Shown piece by piece: positions 51,192 to 64,000 of a stretch of 64,000 bases of DNA. The notes under the pieces are model-generated. The model was not told the DNA's origin. It did not search any database and saw only the letters and a program-made list of their open reading frames with translations. How positions within the stretch are numbered: the stretch's first letter is position 1; every line of letters begins with the position of its first letter. A program made the translations under genes and the position numbers. This DNA is from Octopus sinensis (lineage: Eukaryota), in NCBI RefSeq assembly GCF_006345805.1, contig NC_043017.1, positions 12,710,001 to 12,774,000 on the forward strand, in the 5' to 3' direction.

Positions 51192-51722
51192 TATCATCAT
51201 TATCATCATCATCATCATCATCATCATTATCATCATTATCATCATCGTCGTCGTCGTCACCATCATCATCATCATCATCGTCGTCGACATCATCATCATC
51301 ATCATTATCATCATCGTCGTCATCATCATCATCATCATCATCATTATCATCATTATCATCATCGTCGTCGTCGTCGTCGTCGTCATCATCATCATCATCA
51401 TTATCATCATTATCATCATTATCATCATCATCATTATCATCATCATCATCATCATCATCATTATCATCATTATCATCATCATCATCGTCGTCACCATCAT
51501 CATCATCATCATCATCATCATAATCATCATCATCATCATCATCATTATCATCATTATCATCATCGTCGTCGTCGTCGTCGTCGTCATCATCATCATCATC
51601 ATTATCATCATTATCATCATTATCATCATCATCATTATCATCATCATCATCATCATCATCATTATCATCATTATCATCATCATCATCGTCGTCACCATCA
51701 TCATCATCATCATCATCATCAT

Positions 51723-51779
<57 letters not shown>

Positions 51780-51957
51780 TATCATCATCGTCGTCGTCAT
51801 CATCATCATCATCATCATCGTCGTCGTCGACATCATCATCATCATCATCATCATCATTAGCATCATTATCATCATCGTCGTCGTTGTCGTCGTCGTCATC
51901 ATCATCATCATCGTCGTCGTCGTCGTCGTCGTCATCATCATCATCATCATCATCATT

Positions 51958-52029
<72 letters not shown>

Positions 52030-52040
52030 GTCATCATTAT
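51077..52040. repeat. ~960-bp (ATC)n/(GTC)n compound microsatellite
   Basis: Direct. Confidence 0.97.
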
Positions 52041-52344
52041 CAACATTTTAATGTCCACTCTTCCATGCTCGTCATGAATCATACAGAATATTTGGTGGAG
52101 GCAGATTCTTTGCTACAGTCGAATGCCCTTCTTGTTGCCAGTCCACACTTGTTCTCGAGTGAGGTCGTATATTTTCCCCCTGACCAGACATGGAAGATTG
52201 GCAATGAAGAACACTACTTGTATGAGAGTGACACTCATTTACAGCTACCATGTAATTTCAAGACAAGGAGACACACATACACACACCTACACACACACAC
52301 ACAACACATATACATACACATAGATATGCATACCTTTCCTTCTG

Positions 52345-53065
52345 GTGACACAAACCCTACTTGTGAAGACCTGTTGAGGCAAGTGAAAATCAAAATCAAA
52401 ATTGAAATTGATCAACATCAATGGAAATTGTAGCTGTAATACCAGTGCCGGTGGCACGTAAGAGAACCATCCGAACGTGGCCGTTGCCAGCGCCGCCCCA
52501 ACTGGCCTCTGTGCCAGTGGCACATAAAAAGCAACATCTGATCGTGGCCATTTGCCAGCCTCGTCTGGCACCTGTGCAGGTGGCATGTAAAAAGCACCCA
52601 CTACACTCACGGAGTGGTTGGCGTTAGGAAGGGCATCCAGCTGTAGAAACACTGCCAGATCAGACTGGGCCTGGTGCAGCCTTCTGGCTTCCCTGACCCC
52701 AGTTGAACTGTCCAACTCATGCTAGCATGGAAAATGGACGTTAAACGATGATGGTGATGATGATACCTACATATACATATGCACACTTTATAATACAGGC
52801 TTCTTTCAGTCTTCATCTACAAAATCCACTCACAAGACTTTGGTTGACCCAGAGCTATAGTAGAAGGCACAAAAGAGAAATATATATATATATACATATA
52901 CATATATACGACGGGCTTCTTTCAGTTTCCATCTACCAGATCCACTCACAAGGCTTTGGTCTGCCCAAGACTATAGTAGAAGACACTTGCCCGAGGTTCC
53001 ACACAGTGGGACTGAACCCGGAACCATGTGATTTGTAAGCAAGCTACTCACCACAAAGCCACTAA
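52345..53065. mobile_element. Family D (+, 52345-52765) and SINE A fragments (-, 52795-53065)
   Basis: Consensus matches. Confidence 0.85.
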
Positions 53066-53487
53066 GAAATTTACAACTTTTTCTAAAAGAAGAAAAATTC
53101 AGATGTTGTTACTGGACACACCAATATGTGATGCAGCAGTGAACAGAAACAAAAGATGAAGATAATGATTAATTAATAGGCCAAGGCAATCAATGATTAA
53201 TGATATAAATATGTTTTATTGTTACTTGGGTCAGTGTATTACGATAGAGTTATAGACCAATCAGGTGATATATATTGATAGAGAGAGAGAACTGGTGGTG
53301 ATGAAATTGCTTTAATATTGATCCCTAAAGTTCATAAGTCAGTGGGTGTTTCTTATTGATTCTTAAAGGTGACAAAAAGTCGATAAAGGTTTTGTTCATT
53401 TTTCTTTTTGTTTGTATGTTTGTGGGGGTATGATTTAATTAATAATTGTGATGGACTAATATTATATATACATACATATAATATATA

Positions 53488-53548
<61 letters not shown>

Positions 53549-53550
53549 TG

Positions 53551-54240
53551 TGTGGTCTGATCAATAAGTATCCGGACTGTTGCCATAGTACTGAAGCTAA
53601 AGCATACAGAATGAAGTCACTTAGCACAAATTTACCTTGGACTTTACTATGTGTGTGTGCACTAAGTTTTAACATTCTAGCCCACTTCTGCTGTTTACAG
53701 CAGTGCTTGGAAGGAAGGTGTGTAGCATGTGATCGTCGCATTGATCATGACAGAGGAAGTTGTCATGGCAATACCCGCTCAGAGGCCAACACAAAGTAGT
53801 AGAAAGTGTTTGGAGAGGAGTATATGAGCTGCACGCAAGTGGTACAGATGTTTCCAAGATGGACGAAAAAATTTCGATATTGATGAACGTTCTGGGGGAT
53901 CTGTAACCAGCAAAACTGAGGAAAACTTTGCAGATGTGCATGCAGCTGTGGAGGGAAATCATTGAATAACCATCCATGAGTTGCCAGCGCCACCCCGACT
54001 GGCCTCCGTGCCGGTGGCACATAAAAAGCACCAACCAATCGTGGCCATTGCCAGCCTCACCTGGCACATAAAAAGCGCCCACTACACTCACGGAGTAGTT
54101 GACGTTAAGAAGAGCATCCAGACGTAGAAACATTGCCAGATCAGACTGGGCCTGGTGCAGCCGTCTGGCTTCCCAGACCCCAGTCGAACCGTCCAACTCA
54201 TGCTAGCATGGAAAGCGGACGTTAAACGATGATGATGATG
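53551..54240 (+). mobile_element. Mariner 5' remnant (53551-~53970) followed by family D (53985-54240)
   Basis: TIR-like gtggtctgatcaataagtatccggact; KVFGEEYMS..Q / DGRKNFDIDERSG..TSKTEEN. Confidence 0.75.
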
Positions 54241-55004
54241 AGTTATCAGAGAATCTCAATTCTATCCTAAAGAATTTGCCTTTCTCCTGCCATCATTTGT
54301 CATCATTCTTACATCCGCTTTTCCATGCTGGCATGAGTTAGACAGGTTTTTCAAGACAGTGTTTTACAACCAAATGCTCCTCTTAACCCTTTTGTTACTG
54401 TATTTATTTTGAGATTCTCTGTGTTTCTTTCAATTACTTTAAATATAACACAGAATTTAGTAAAACAATTTCGTTATCATTAAGCTAGTGTTAGGAACAT
54501 AAATTGTGACTAAGGTTTGGTGGAAGATTTTAATTCAAAACTTATGAAAACAAGACATTTGTATTACAGAGCCAGACCGGTTTCAGCCGGGTTGGTTAAC
54601 ACTGTTTTTCAAGTAAGAGGTCTTTTATTTCACATAGCTTTGAAAGCATGAACTGAACAAAGGATTTATCATTGGAAGAAGTGACAACACTGCACTAAGA
54701 CTGACTTTTTTTGCATAAGTGGGTGGCAGATTTAAAATACACATACACACATACATGAACACACACATACACATACATGAACACATGCACACACATACAC
54801 ACACATGTATATATATGTATGTATGTATTGTTATATTTATGTATGTATTGTTATATTTTGGGAGGGTCATTTTCTCTTTTTTTTTGTCAGTTAACCACAC
54901 ACAGGCTATATACTTCTTCACTTCAGCTTTATTATTATTTTTATTTTAGTGTCCTTTGTCTGAAATCTTTCGTCACGCTTTTGTGACTTCTTCAGTGACT
55001 GATA

Positions 55005-55050
<46 letters not shown>

Positions 55051-55575
55051 GCAGACGTTAAACGATGATGATCATGATGTGTGTATGAGTAAGTGTGTGT
55101 GTGTATATATACACACACACATGCACACACACACACACTCGCGCGCGCGCACACACACACACACACACACTCGCGCGTGCGCACACACACACACACTCGT
55201 GCACACATGCATACACACACATGCACACACACACTTGCACACACACACACACACTCGCACACACGCATACACACTTGCACACACAAACACACACACACAA
55301 ACCGGTGCAGTAGTCATGTGCTGCAACATTGTGTTCTCAAGATTCAGTTTCAATCCCATCCCTAGTAAGAAACCTTTCCACTTCATTTCGCTTCACATCT
55401 TTAGATAATGCATGAACTTGTACAAAGCCCCACCCAAAACAAACAAAAAAAAACAAACAAACATTATAGATATTGAAGAATTTTATTCCTCATCTCAAAA
55501 GATGATATTTGGCTGTTTCCAAATTAAGGTTCTTAATTCTGTTGCTTTTTTTTTTTTTTTTTTTTTTTTTTGCAG

Positions 55576-55797
55576 GTGAAAATCCTCAACTACCCGGTTT
55601 CAGGCCATGAAAATGAGAAAGACATTGAGATCGCCAGATGCGGGGCTCTGGCCCTCTGGAGCATCAGTAAGAGCAAGAAGAACAAAAAATGTATGAGACA
55701 AGCTGGAGCAATTCCTCTTCTTGGCAGACTTTTGAAATCTCATCATGAGAACATGTTAATACCTGTGGTTGGGACATTGCAGGAGTGTGCCTCAGAG
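55576..55797 (+). CDS. ODAD2: ODAD2/ARMC4 armadillo-repeat exon (222 nt, phase 0/0): VKILNY...[10 protein letters not shown]...[18 protein letters not shown]
   Basis: Matches ARMC4 [10 protein letters not shown] and [18 protein letters not shown]; poly-T + gcag acceptor, GTAGGT donor. Confidence 0.96.
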
Positions 55798-55889
55798 GTA
55801 GGTTAGAGGTCGTTGTTGATGTTGTAGTTCTTGCTGCTGTTGAATGGTAGAAGCATCCTGTCTTAGATTTAAACTTAAAACCGAAATCT

Positions 55890-56234
55890 TATGAGTGGGT
55901 TTGATAGGTGGAGATTGTCATATAATGTGTGTGAGTGCACGTGTGTATGTATGTGTGTGTATGTATATATGTATGTATGTGTATGTGTATGTGTGTATGT
56001 GTGTATGTATATGTGTGTGTATGTATGTATGCATATATGTATGTATGTGTGTATGTATGTATGTATGTATGTATGTGTATGTGTATATATGTATGTATGT
56101 GTGTGTGGTATATATGTATGTGTGTGTATGTGTGTATGTATGTATGTATGTATGTGTGTGTGTATATATGTATGTGTGTGTGTGTATGTATGTGTGTGTA
56201 TGTATGTATGTATATATATGTGTGTGTGTGTGTG

Positions 56235-56265
<31 letters not shown>

Positions 56266-56495
56266 TGTGTGTGTGTATCTGTTTGTGTGTCTGTGTTTGT
56301 CCCCCTAGCATTGCTTGACAACCGATGCTGGTGTGTTTACGTCCCCGTCACTTAGCGGTTCAGCAAAAGAGACTGATAGAATAAGTACTGGGCTTACAAA
56401 GAATAAGTCCCGGGGTCGAGTTGCTCGACTAAAGGCGGTGCTCCAGCATGGCCGCAGTCAAATGACTGAAAACGAGTAAAAGAGTAAAAGAGAAA
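55890..56495 (+). mobile_element. SINE A with a greatly expanded central (TG/TA)n
   Basis: Degenerate core, ~360-bp microsatellite, intact 3' module. Confidence 0.75.
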
Positions 56496-56557
56496 AAGAG
56501 TATTTATTTGAATCTCCCTCTCTGTCTGTCTGTCTCTCTCTCTTTCTCTCTCTCTCA

Positions 56558-56592
<35 letters not shown>

Positions 56593-56810
56593 TCTCTCAC
56601 TCTCTCTCTCTCTTCCTCTCTCTCTCTCTCACTCTCTCTCTCACTCACTCTCTCTCTCTCACTCTCTCTCTCTTTTTCTCTCTCTCTTTCTCTCTCTCAC
56701 TCTCTCTCACTCTCTCTTTCTCTCTTCTCTCTCTTTCTCTCTCTCTCTCTCTTTCTCTCTCTCACTCTCTCGCTCTTTCTCTCTCACTCTCTATCTTTGT
56801 CTCTCTCTCA

Positions 56811-56860
<50 letters not shown>

Positions 56861-56862
56861 TA

Positions 56863-56893
<31 letters not shown>

Positions 56894-57179
56894 ACTCACA
56901 CACACTCATCTGCATGCATGCATCATGCTTCTCTCCGTAGGCAACATCTGAAAACTTCATCATATTTTTGTGACGTAAAAAACATAATCATTCCTCTGAT
57001 AAGATTTTCTCGGTGTAATTTGGTTAATAGGAATTCCATGTCGCGCCGTGAAATATGTTAGTGTTTCAACAGAAATATCTCTTTAATAAGCTTCATTAGA
57101 ACCACACATATCAGACAGAGGCTGAAGGAGTCCAGTTGATGCCTTTCAAAGGAGTTTTTTCAATTTTTTCTTATTGCAA

Positions 57180-57372
57180 CACTGAAGCCACCATCATCGT
57201 TCTCATTGTTGCCGTCATCTTCTTCTTTACCTTCTTTTTCATTTTCTTCTTCTTCTTCACCTTCACCTTCTTCATCATCATCTTCTTTTTCTTCATCATC
57301 ATCATCTTCTTCAGAATCTTCTTCATCATTATCATCATCATCTTCATCTTCTTCTTCATCTTCTTCTTCTTC

Positions 57373-57416
<44 letters not shown>

Positions 57417-57530
57417 ATCATCATCATCATCATCATCATCATCATCTTCTTCTTCTTCTTCTTCATCACCATCATCATCATCATCATCTTCTTCTTCTTC
57501 TTCTTCTTCTTCTTCTTCTTCTTCTTCTTC

Positions 57531-57566
<36 letters not shown>

Positions 57567-57752
57567 TTCTTCTTCTTCTTCTTCTTCTTCTTCTTCTTCT
57601 TCATCATCATCATCCTCATCATCATCATTATCATCATCATCATCATTATCATCTTCTTCTTCTTCTTCTTCTTCTTCTTCTTTTCTTCTTCTTCTTCTTC
57701 TTCTTCTTCTTCATCATCATCATCATCACCATCACCACCACCACCACTTTCT
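57180..57752. repeat. (TTC)n/(ATC)n compound tract
   Basis: Direct. Confidence 0.95.
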
Positions 57753-58319
57753 TCTTCTGTTGACTCAAGCTAGTACAGCTGCTGTTGTTGTTATAGTGTA
57801 GCCCCTGGTCAGCACTGATCTAGCCAACCAACCCATGATCAAAGGCCTTCTAGTCTGGACCATCCTACTTTCTATTCAGACATAGTATATTGAGTATGTG
57901 TTGTTTTGGTGCCGCAGATTCAACACTGACTTATTTGGCATTAGTTGTTTTAATCTCCCCCCTCCCTCCCTCCCTCCCTCTCTCTCTCTCTTGTTGTTTA
58001 TGTGTGTGACTATCTAGTTATGAATGTGTGTGTGTGTGTGTCTGTTTGCCTCCAGTGCCAAAAAGTACTGTACCTAAACAAGCTGAAAGTCCACTCAGCA
58101 GTCATTCCAAATTATCAACATCCAACCTGCTGAACCCAGCATTTTCATTCTGTAGAGTACCAAAGACTAAATTTTAAGGTTATGTAGTCCTATGTCTAAA
58201 TTAAGATGAGACAGTCATGGATGGAATATCTCTGTTCTTACATCATCTCGTTTAAACCTAACAACATTATGTACTGTCCTTCTGTTACGTTTTCTGGAGG
58301 ATTTTAAAAAACTTTTGAG

Positions 58320-58712
58320 TAGGCGCAGGAGTGGCTGTGTGGTAAGAAGCTTGTTTACGAACCACATGGTTCTGGGTTCAGTCCCACTGCGTCGCACCTT
58401 GGGCAAGTGTCTTCTACTATAGCCTCGGGCCGACCACAGCCTTGTGACTGGATTTGGTAGACGGAAACTGAAAGAAGCCCGTCGTATATATGTGTATATA
58501 TATGCGTGTGTGTATGTGTGTGTGTCCCCCTTGCATTGCTTGACAACCGATACTGGTGTGTTACTTAGAGGTTCAGCAAAAGAGACCAATAGAATAAATA
58601 CTGGGCTTACAAAAGAATAAGTCCTGGGGTCAAGTTGCTCGATTAAAGGCGGTGCTCCAGCATGGACGCAGTCAAATGACTGAAACAAGTAAAAGAGTAA
58701 AGAGTAAAGAGT
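58320..58712 (+). mobile_element. SINE family A
   Basis: Consensus match. Confidence 0.9.
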
Positions 58713-58977
58713 AGTAGCTTGAGTGGAAATTGGCTGCTGTTTCTAGCAGGTGTTGCAATCGCAAAGAGATTCTCATGTTGTCTCATACGAATATTGTTGT
58801 TGTAGCAGTTGTAGTTGTTGTGGTTGTTAAGCCATGAGTCAGAATTGATCCTGAAGATCTTTGATCAAAGATGTTACAGCCTTGACCAGATCACATTAAG
58901 CAATGATGTAATCCTAGATAGACGATGTCTGAATAATAATAAAAAAATAGGTGGGTCACTGCTGCAAAATATTTGAT

Positions 58978-59163
58978 AGTGTGGTAAGTAGCTTGCTTAC
59001 CAACCACATGGTTCCGGGTTCAGTCCCACTGCGTGGCACCTTGGGCAAGTGTCCTCTACTATAGCCTCGGACCGACCAAAGCCTTGTAAGTGGATATGGT
59101 GGACGGAAACTGAAAGAAGCACGTCGTGTATATGTATATATATATATATATATGTGTGTGTGT

Positions 59164-59200
<37 letters not shown>

Positions 59201-59608
59201 TTGTGTGTCTGTGTTTGTCCCCACAACATCGGCTGACAACTGATGGGGTGTGTTTGCGTCCCAGTAACTTAGCAGTTCGGCAAAAGAGACCGATAGAATA
59301 AGTACTGGGCTTACAAAGAATAAGTCCTGGGGTCGATTTGCTCGACTAAAGGCGGTGCTCCAGCATGGCCGCAGTCAAATGACTGAAACAAGTAAAAGAG
59401 TAAAAGAGAGTATATACATATATATGCATATACATAGGTGTATGAGTGGCTGTGTGGTAAGTAGCTTGCTTACCAGCCACATGGTTCCGGGGTTCAGTCC
59501 CACTGTGTGGCACCTTGGGCAAGTGACCTCTACTATAGCCTCGGGCCGACCAAAGCCTTGTGAGTGGATATGGTGGACGGAAACTGAAAGAAGCACGTCA
59601 TATATATG

Positions 59609-59661
<53 letters not shown>

Positions 59662-60321
59662 TTGTGTGTCTGTGTTTGTCCCCACAACATCGGCTGTCCC
59701 GATAACTTGGCAGTTCGGCAAAAGAGACCAATAGAATAAGTACTGGGCTTACAATGAATAAGTCCTGGGGTTGATTTGCTCGACTAACGGCGGTGCTCCA
59801 GCATGGCCACAGTCAAATGACTTGAAACAAGTAAAAGAGTAAAAGAGTAAAAGAGAGTATATACATATAAATGCATATACATAGGCGTAGGAGTGGCTGT
59901 GTGGTAAGTAGCTTGCTTACCAACCACATGGTTCCGGGTTCAGTCCCACTGCGTGGTACCTTGGGAAAGTGTCTTCTACTATAGCCTCGGACTGACCAAA
60001 GCCTTGTGAGTGGATATGGTGGACGGAAACTGAAAGAAGCACGTCGTGTATATGTATATATATATATATGTGTGTGTGTGAGTGTGTGTGTGTATGTGTG
60101 TGTGTGTATATGTTTGTGTGTCTGTGTTTGTCCCCACAACATCAGCTGACAACCGATGGGGTGTGTTTACGTCCCCGTAACTTAGCGGTTCGGCAAAAGA
60201 GACCAATAGAATAAGTACTAGGCTTACAATGAATAAGTCCTCGGGTCGATTTGCTCAACTAACGGCGGTGCTCCAGCATGGCCACAGTCAAATGACTGAA
60301 ACAAGTAAAAGAGTAAAAGAG
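58978..60321 (+). mobile_element. Three tandem SINE A copies (local triplication)
   Basis: Shared private variants and shared spacer. Confidence 0.9.
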
Positions 60322-60457
60322 ATCATAGGTCAGTTCAGTTAATGCTGATTATTATCCAATACATGTCCTTCAGGTTTTTGTGGAGATTTGGCTGTCGTGT
60401 CTAGTAAATTGAATTACCCACTTAGACACGCCTTTCTCTTGTGCACTCAATAGAAAC

Positions 60458-60557
60458 NNNNNNNNNNNNNNNNNNNNNNNNNNNNNNNNNNNNNNNNNNN
60501 NNNNNNNNNNNNNNNNNNNNNNNNNNNNNNNNNNNNNNNNNNNNNNNNNNNNNNNNN
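60458..60557. other. Assembly gap (100 N)
   Basis: Direct. Confidence 1.
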
Positions 60558-61134
60558 AGGGGCCGGCCTTGTCACTCTTCGTGGTCACGCTGAATATCCC
60601 CGAGAACTATGTTAAGGGTACCGTGTCTGTGGAGTGCTCAGCCACACTTACACGTTAATTTCACGAGCAGGCTGTTCCGTTGATTTATCGGATCAACCGG
60701 ACCCTCGTCGTCGTAACCGACGGAGTGCTTCCAAATACTTAAACAATTTTAATTGTCGCATTAACAAAGAAGGCAGTGGCACTATTTGGAAATTGATGAG
60801 CAAGGCCAAGTTTTATTCTCAAAACAGAATAATGATGACAAAAATTAACAAGCAGGCTGTTTGGTTGATCAAATAAACTGGAACACTGATCGTCCATGAA
60901 TGATAGAGAGTTTATTCTATCATGTGATGTAAAGACAAGGAGACACAAAGGCTCACACACACACGCACACATATACGCATGCACACTCACACCCAGACAT
61001 AATACATCAGGTGTCAAATAGCATGTGTGTGTGTCTGTATGGGTGTATGTGTGTGGTGTGTGGTAGCATGTGAACACACACATACACACTCACATACACA
61101 CACAACACAAAGCAGGAGCTTTTGTTCTGTTTCT

Positions 61135-61378
61135 GTTTCTTTACTACCCACAAGGGGCTAAAAACAGAGGGGACAAACAAGGACAGGACACAAATGGAGG
61201 TTAAGTCGATTACATCGACCCCAGTGGGGTAACTGGTACTTAATATTTATCGACCCCGAAGGATGAAAGGCAAAGTCGAACCTCGGCGGAATTTGAGACT
61301 CAGAACGTAACGGCAGACGAAATACCTGCTAAACATTTCGCCCGGGCGTGCTAACGTTTCTGCCAGCTCACCGCCTTA
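61135..61378 (-). mobile_element. SINE family C monomer
   Basis: Reverse-complement match. Confidence 0.88.
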
Positions 61379-62224
61379 AAGGCTTCTTTCTGTTTCTGTC
61401 TCCCAAATCCATTCATAAGGCTTTGATCAGAGTAAGAATTATAACATAACAGAAACCTAGGACTGAACCGAATGCCACATTGTTGGGAAGCAAATTTCTT
61501 CGTCACGCAGTCATGCCTGCACCTATTCTATAGCAGATCAATTACCTGGTAAGTGGCTACCATATCTAGCAAGTCAAGAAACTGTATAGAGGCTGTCTTG
61601 TTTGCTAGGTTGCTATTTCTAGCAAACTAAGCAAGTGAGTGAAGGATACCCGACTATCTAAGTTCAATAAGAATACTTCCACATGTTGAGTCTTTTCTTT
61701 GCAGAATTCAATATTTCTGAGATAATAAGTTAAAGGTGACAGCTGCTATATAGAAATATATATATTGCTGTAATATTGAGCTATCATTGGATATTGATTC
61801 AACGTACTTTAATATTTTTCTTTTCTTTTTTATCTATTGTCTAACGAAAGTGATTCGTCATCATTGTTGTCATCATCGTCGTCGTCATCATCAACATCAC
61901 CATCAGCATCGTTTTACAGCTGCACCCATAGTACTCTCTATAAAGTGGTTTGTGTCAGGAAGGGTATCCGGCTGTAGAAGCCAGGCCAAAGCAGATATTG
62001 GAGCACAAGGTAGTCCTCAGACCTGCTGGATCCTATCAAACCACCCAACCCATGCCAGCATTAGGAAGGAATTGCAGCTGTAAAAAACCTATGCCAAAAG
62101 AGACAGTAGGGCTCGGAGCAGTCCCCTGGTTTGCCAGCCCCTGTGAAACTGTCCAGCCTATGCCACCATGGAAGATGGACATTAAATGATGATGATGATG
62201 ATAAATTAAAAACAAAATACTGAA

Positions 62225-62382
62225 GATGTACAGAAAACAGATTCTATCACATGCTGGGGGAAGAACTAGAAGTAGTTGACAGCTTCCATTACCTAAGTGA
62301 CCAATTAGTAGTGGGAGTGGATGCTCTGAGAGCATAGCTGCTAGAATAAGAATGGCCCGAGCAAAGTTCAGAGAGCTCCTAT
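62225..62382 (+). mobile_element. RTE-clade LINE RT fragment
   Basis: LEVVDSFHYLSDQ / SSGSGCSESIAARIRMARAKFREL. Confidence 0.85.
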
Positions 62383-62488
62383 TTTTAATTTATATTTGAT
62401 ATAATACTCTCTCACCTCTACCAATATCTGGCATATACAGATGCTTACACTTATCAAGTATTCACTCTAAATTTACAGTACCTACTTG

Positions 62489-62514
<26 letters not shown>

Positions 62515-62519
<5 letters not shown>

Positions 62520-62700
62520 TAATCCAAACAAGAAAACAAAAAAACACAACAACGCAAGGATGTGGAACAAATAAAGTATTATTGGACGCTCAGGAAAGAA
62601 GGGAAGAAGGAGGGTTTAACGTTTCGAGCGGAGCTCTTCGTCGGAAACATAGAAGGAAAGATCCCGAGAAGGGAAGACAGAGGAAAAAAAATCGCCGATA
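62515..62700 (-). mobile_element. (TA)n-flanked Penelope-pLTR-like element with a hammerhead-like motif (62614-62648)
   Basis: Minus strand gttt-CCGACGA-A-GAGC-tcc-GCTC-GAAA-CG-TT-aaac. Confidence 0.6.
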
Positions 62701-63122
62701 TATATATATAAATGAGTAGTATAAGATATGGATTCAGAGAATCAGGAGACTATCATAGAAAAACAATCCCCAAAAATAATCTTTATCTCCAACTTTGCTT
62801 GGATGTTGTATCTGGACAAAGAATACTACATTATCCATCTTGAGAGGACTTCTCATATGGTCTTATGATACATAAAAGTACTCATATTTACATCATTGAC
62901 AGACAAGAGCTACAACCACGAAAACTATCAGATCCCGTGATTTCATCTTGTTTTGAACTCCTCAGTGACAGATATCCTGTGTGCTTGAATGTTTGTTTGC
63001 CTGCAATGTAAAACAAATGCCTTCTTCTATACAACAGTATATCTTCACTTACAATTTGCCATGAAATAATGTCCAACCATCGAGCTCTTTGTTGTCTGAA
63101 GATCAATAGGATATAGTTCTTG

Positions 63123-63460
63123 GCATAGGAGTGGCTGTGTGGTAAGTAGCTTGCTTACCAACCACATGATTCTGAGTTCAGTCCCACTTTGTGACACCTT
63201 GGGCAAGTGTCTTTGGTAGATGGAAACTGAAAGAAGCGCGTCGTATATATGTATATACATATGTGTGTGTGTATACGTTTGTGTGTCTGTGACAACCGAT
63301 GCTGGTGTGTTTACGTCCCCGTAACTTAGCGGTTCGGCAAAAGAGGTCGATAGAATAAGTACTAGGCTTACAAAGAACAAGTTCTGGGGTTGATTTGTTC
63401 GACTAAAGGCGGTGCTCCAGCATGGCTGCAGTCAAGTGACAGAAACGAATAAAAGAAAAT
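63123..63460 (+). mobile_element. SINE family A with internal deletions
   Basis: Consensus match. Confidence 0.85.
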
Positions 63461-63769
63461 GTCATACATAGAAAAAGGAAAAGTTGATAGTGACTGCAAA
63501 ATTGCATCCAGCAGAAACCTTAAAGTCATTATCAATCATGCCTTTGAAAAATTGATGTGTTTACGTGTCACATACGTAGTGAATGGTTTCCACATAATGT
63601 GCGAATGTTTACATAAATAATGAGCAAAACGCCCCCTCCCCAATCCGATGGACGGTGCTGAGTTGTCAAACATTTAAACTAAATTTTCTCAAAACAACTT
63701 GTCTGACCATCCCATAGGCCTCCCCTTTGAGAAACACTGATTTAACCTAAATTTGTGACGCCAAACAGG

Positions 63770-64000
63770 CCGGCTATTTTTTGCCCAAACTGCACGTGCA
63801 TTTTTCTCACATACGCATAGTATCCATCGCAACAGCTGATGTACTTGCACGTACAAATGCACGTTCCCACGGCTTTAACGATCGCATTCTCACATGGAGT
63901 CGATTATTGTAATTTTTTCAAGACTTATACAAGCCCTGATACCGTCGGTGTCTACATATCATATTTGAGCACAATCGGATGGAGGATGCCCAAGATCCTA
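63770..64000 (-). mobile_element. Helentron/HINE-like element, inverted homolog of 31226-31510, runs off the window
   Basis: Reverse-complement similarity over ~230 bp. Confidence 0.7.

Noticed and set aside
55798-64000. Next ODAD2 exon (expected xNYR.AI..E..IE.LVKNL)
   Set aside because: Candidate acceptors at ~58054 and ~61704 give stops or unrelated peptides; the exon is probably beyond the window or in the gap.

Overview
Eukaryotic, AT-rich, extremely repeat-rich window; the repeat families suggest an Octopus genome (inference). It holds the middle of one + strand gene, ODAD2/ARMC4 (outer dynein arm docking complex subunit 2). Seven GT-AG exons splice into one open 1110-nt/370-codon frame (12754-12870, 14229-14437, 16083-16133, 18601-18754, 20234-20380, 44565-44774, 55576-55797), with introns up to 24.2 kb. 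The gene's 5' and 3' ends were not found. The rest is intronic: three tRNA-head SINE families (called A, B, C here), an RTE-type 3'-end family with (GAT)n tail (D), RTE/RTE-X and endonuclease LINE fragments, mariner/Tc1 remnants, a Helitron helicase remnant, Helentron/HINE-like elements, piggyBac/hAT/Tc1 MITEs, long microsatellites and two 100-N gaps. Almost all ORF-track entries are repeat translations. Best leads: three (TA)n-flanked elements with a minimal hammerhead-ribozyme-like fold (Penelope/retrozyme-like); SINE-C insertions with 2 and 7 head-less tandem bodies inside single TSDs; a perfect 33-bp pre-miRNA-sized hairpin; and inverted repeats bracketing frame-preserving exons. All homology calls come from recalled motifs, not database searches.
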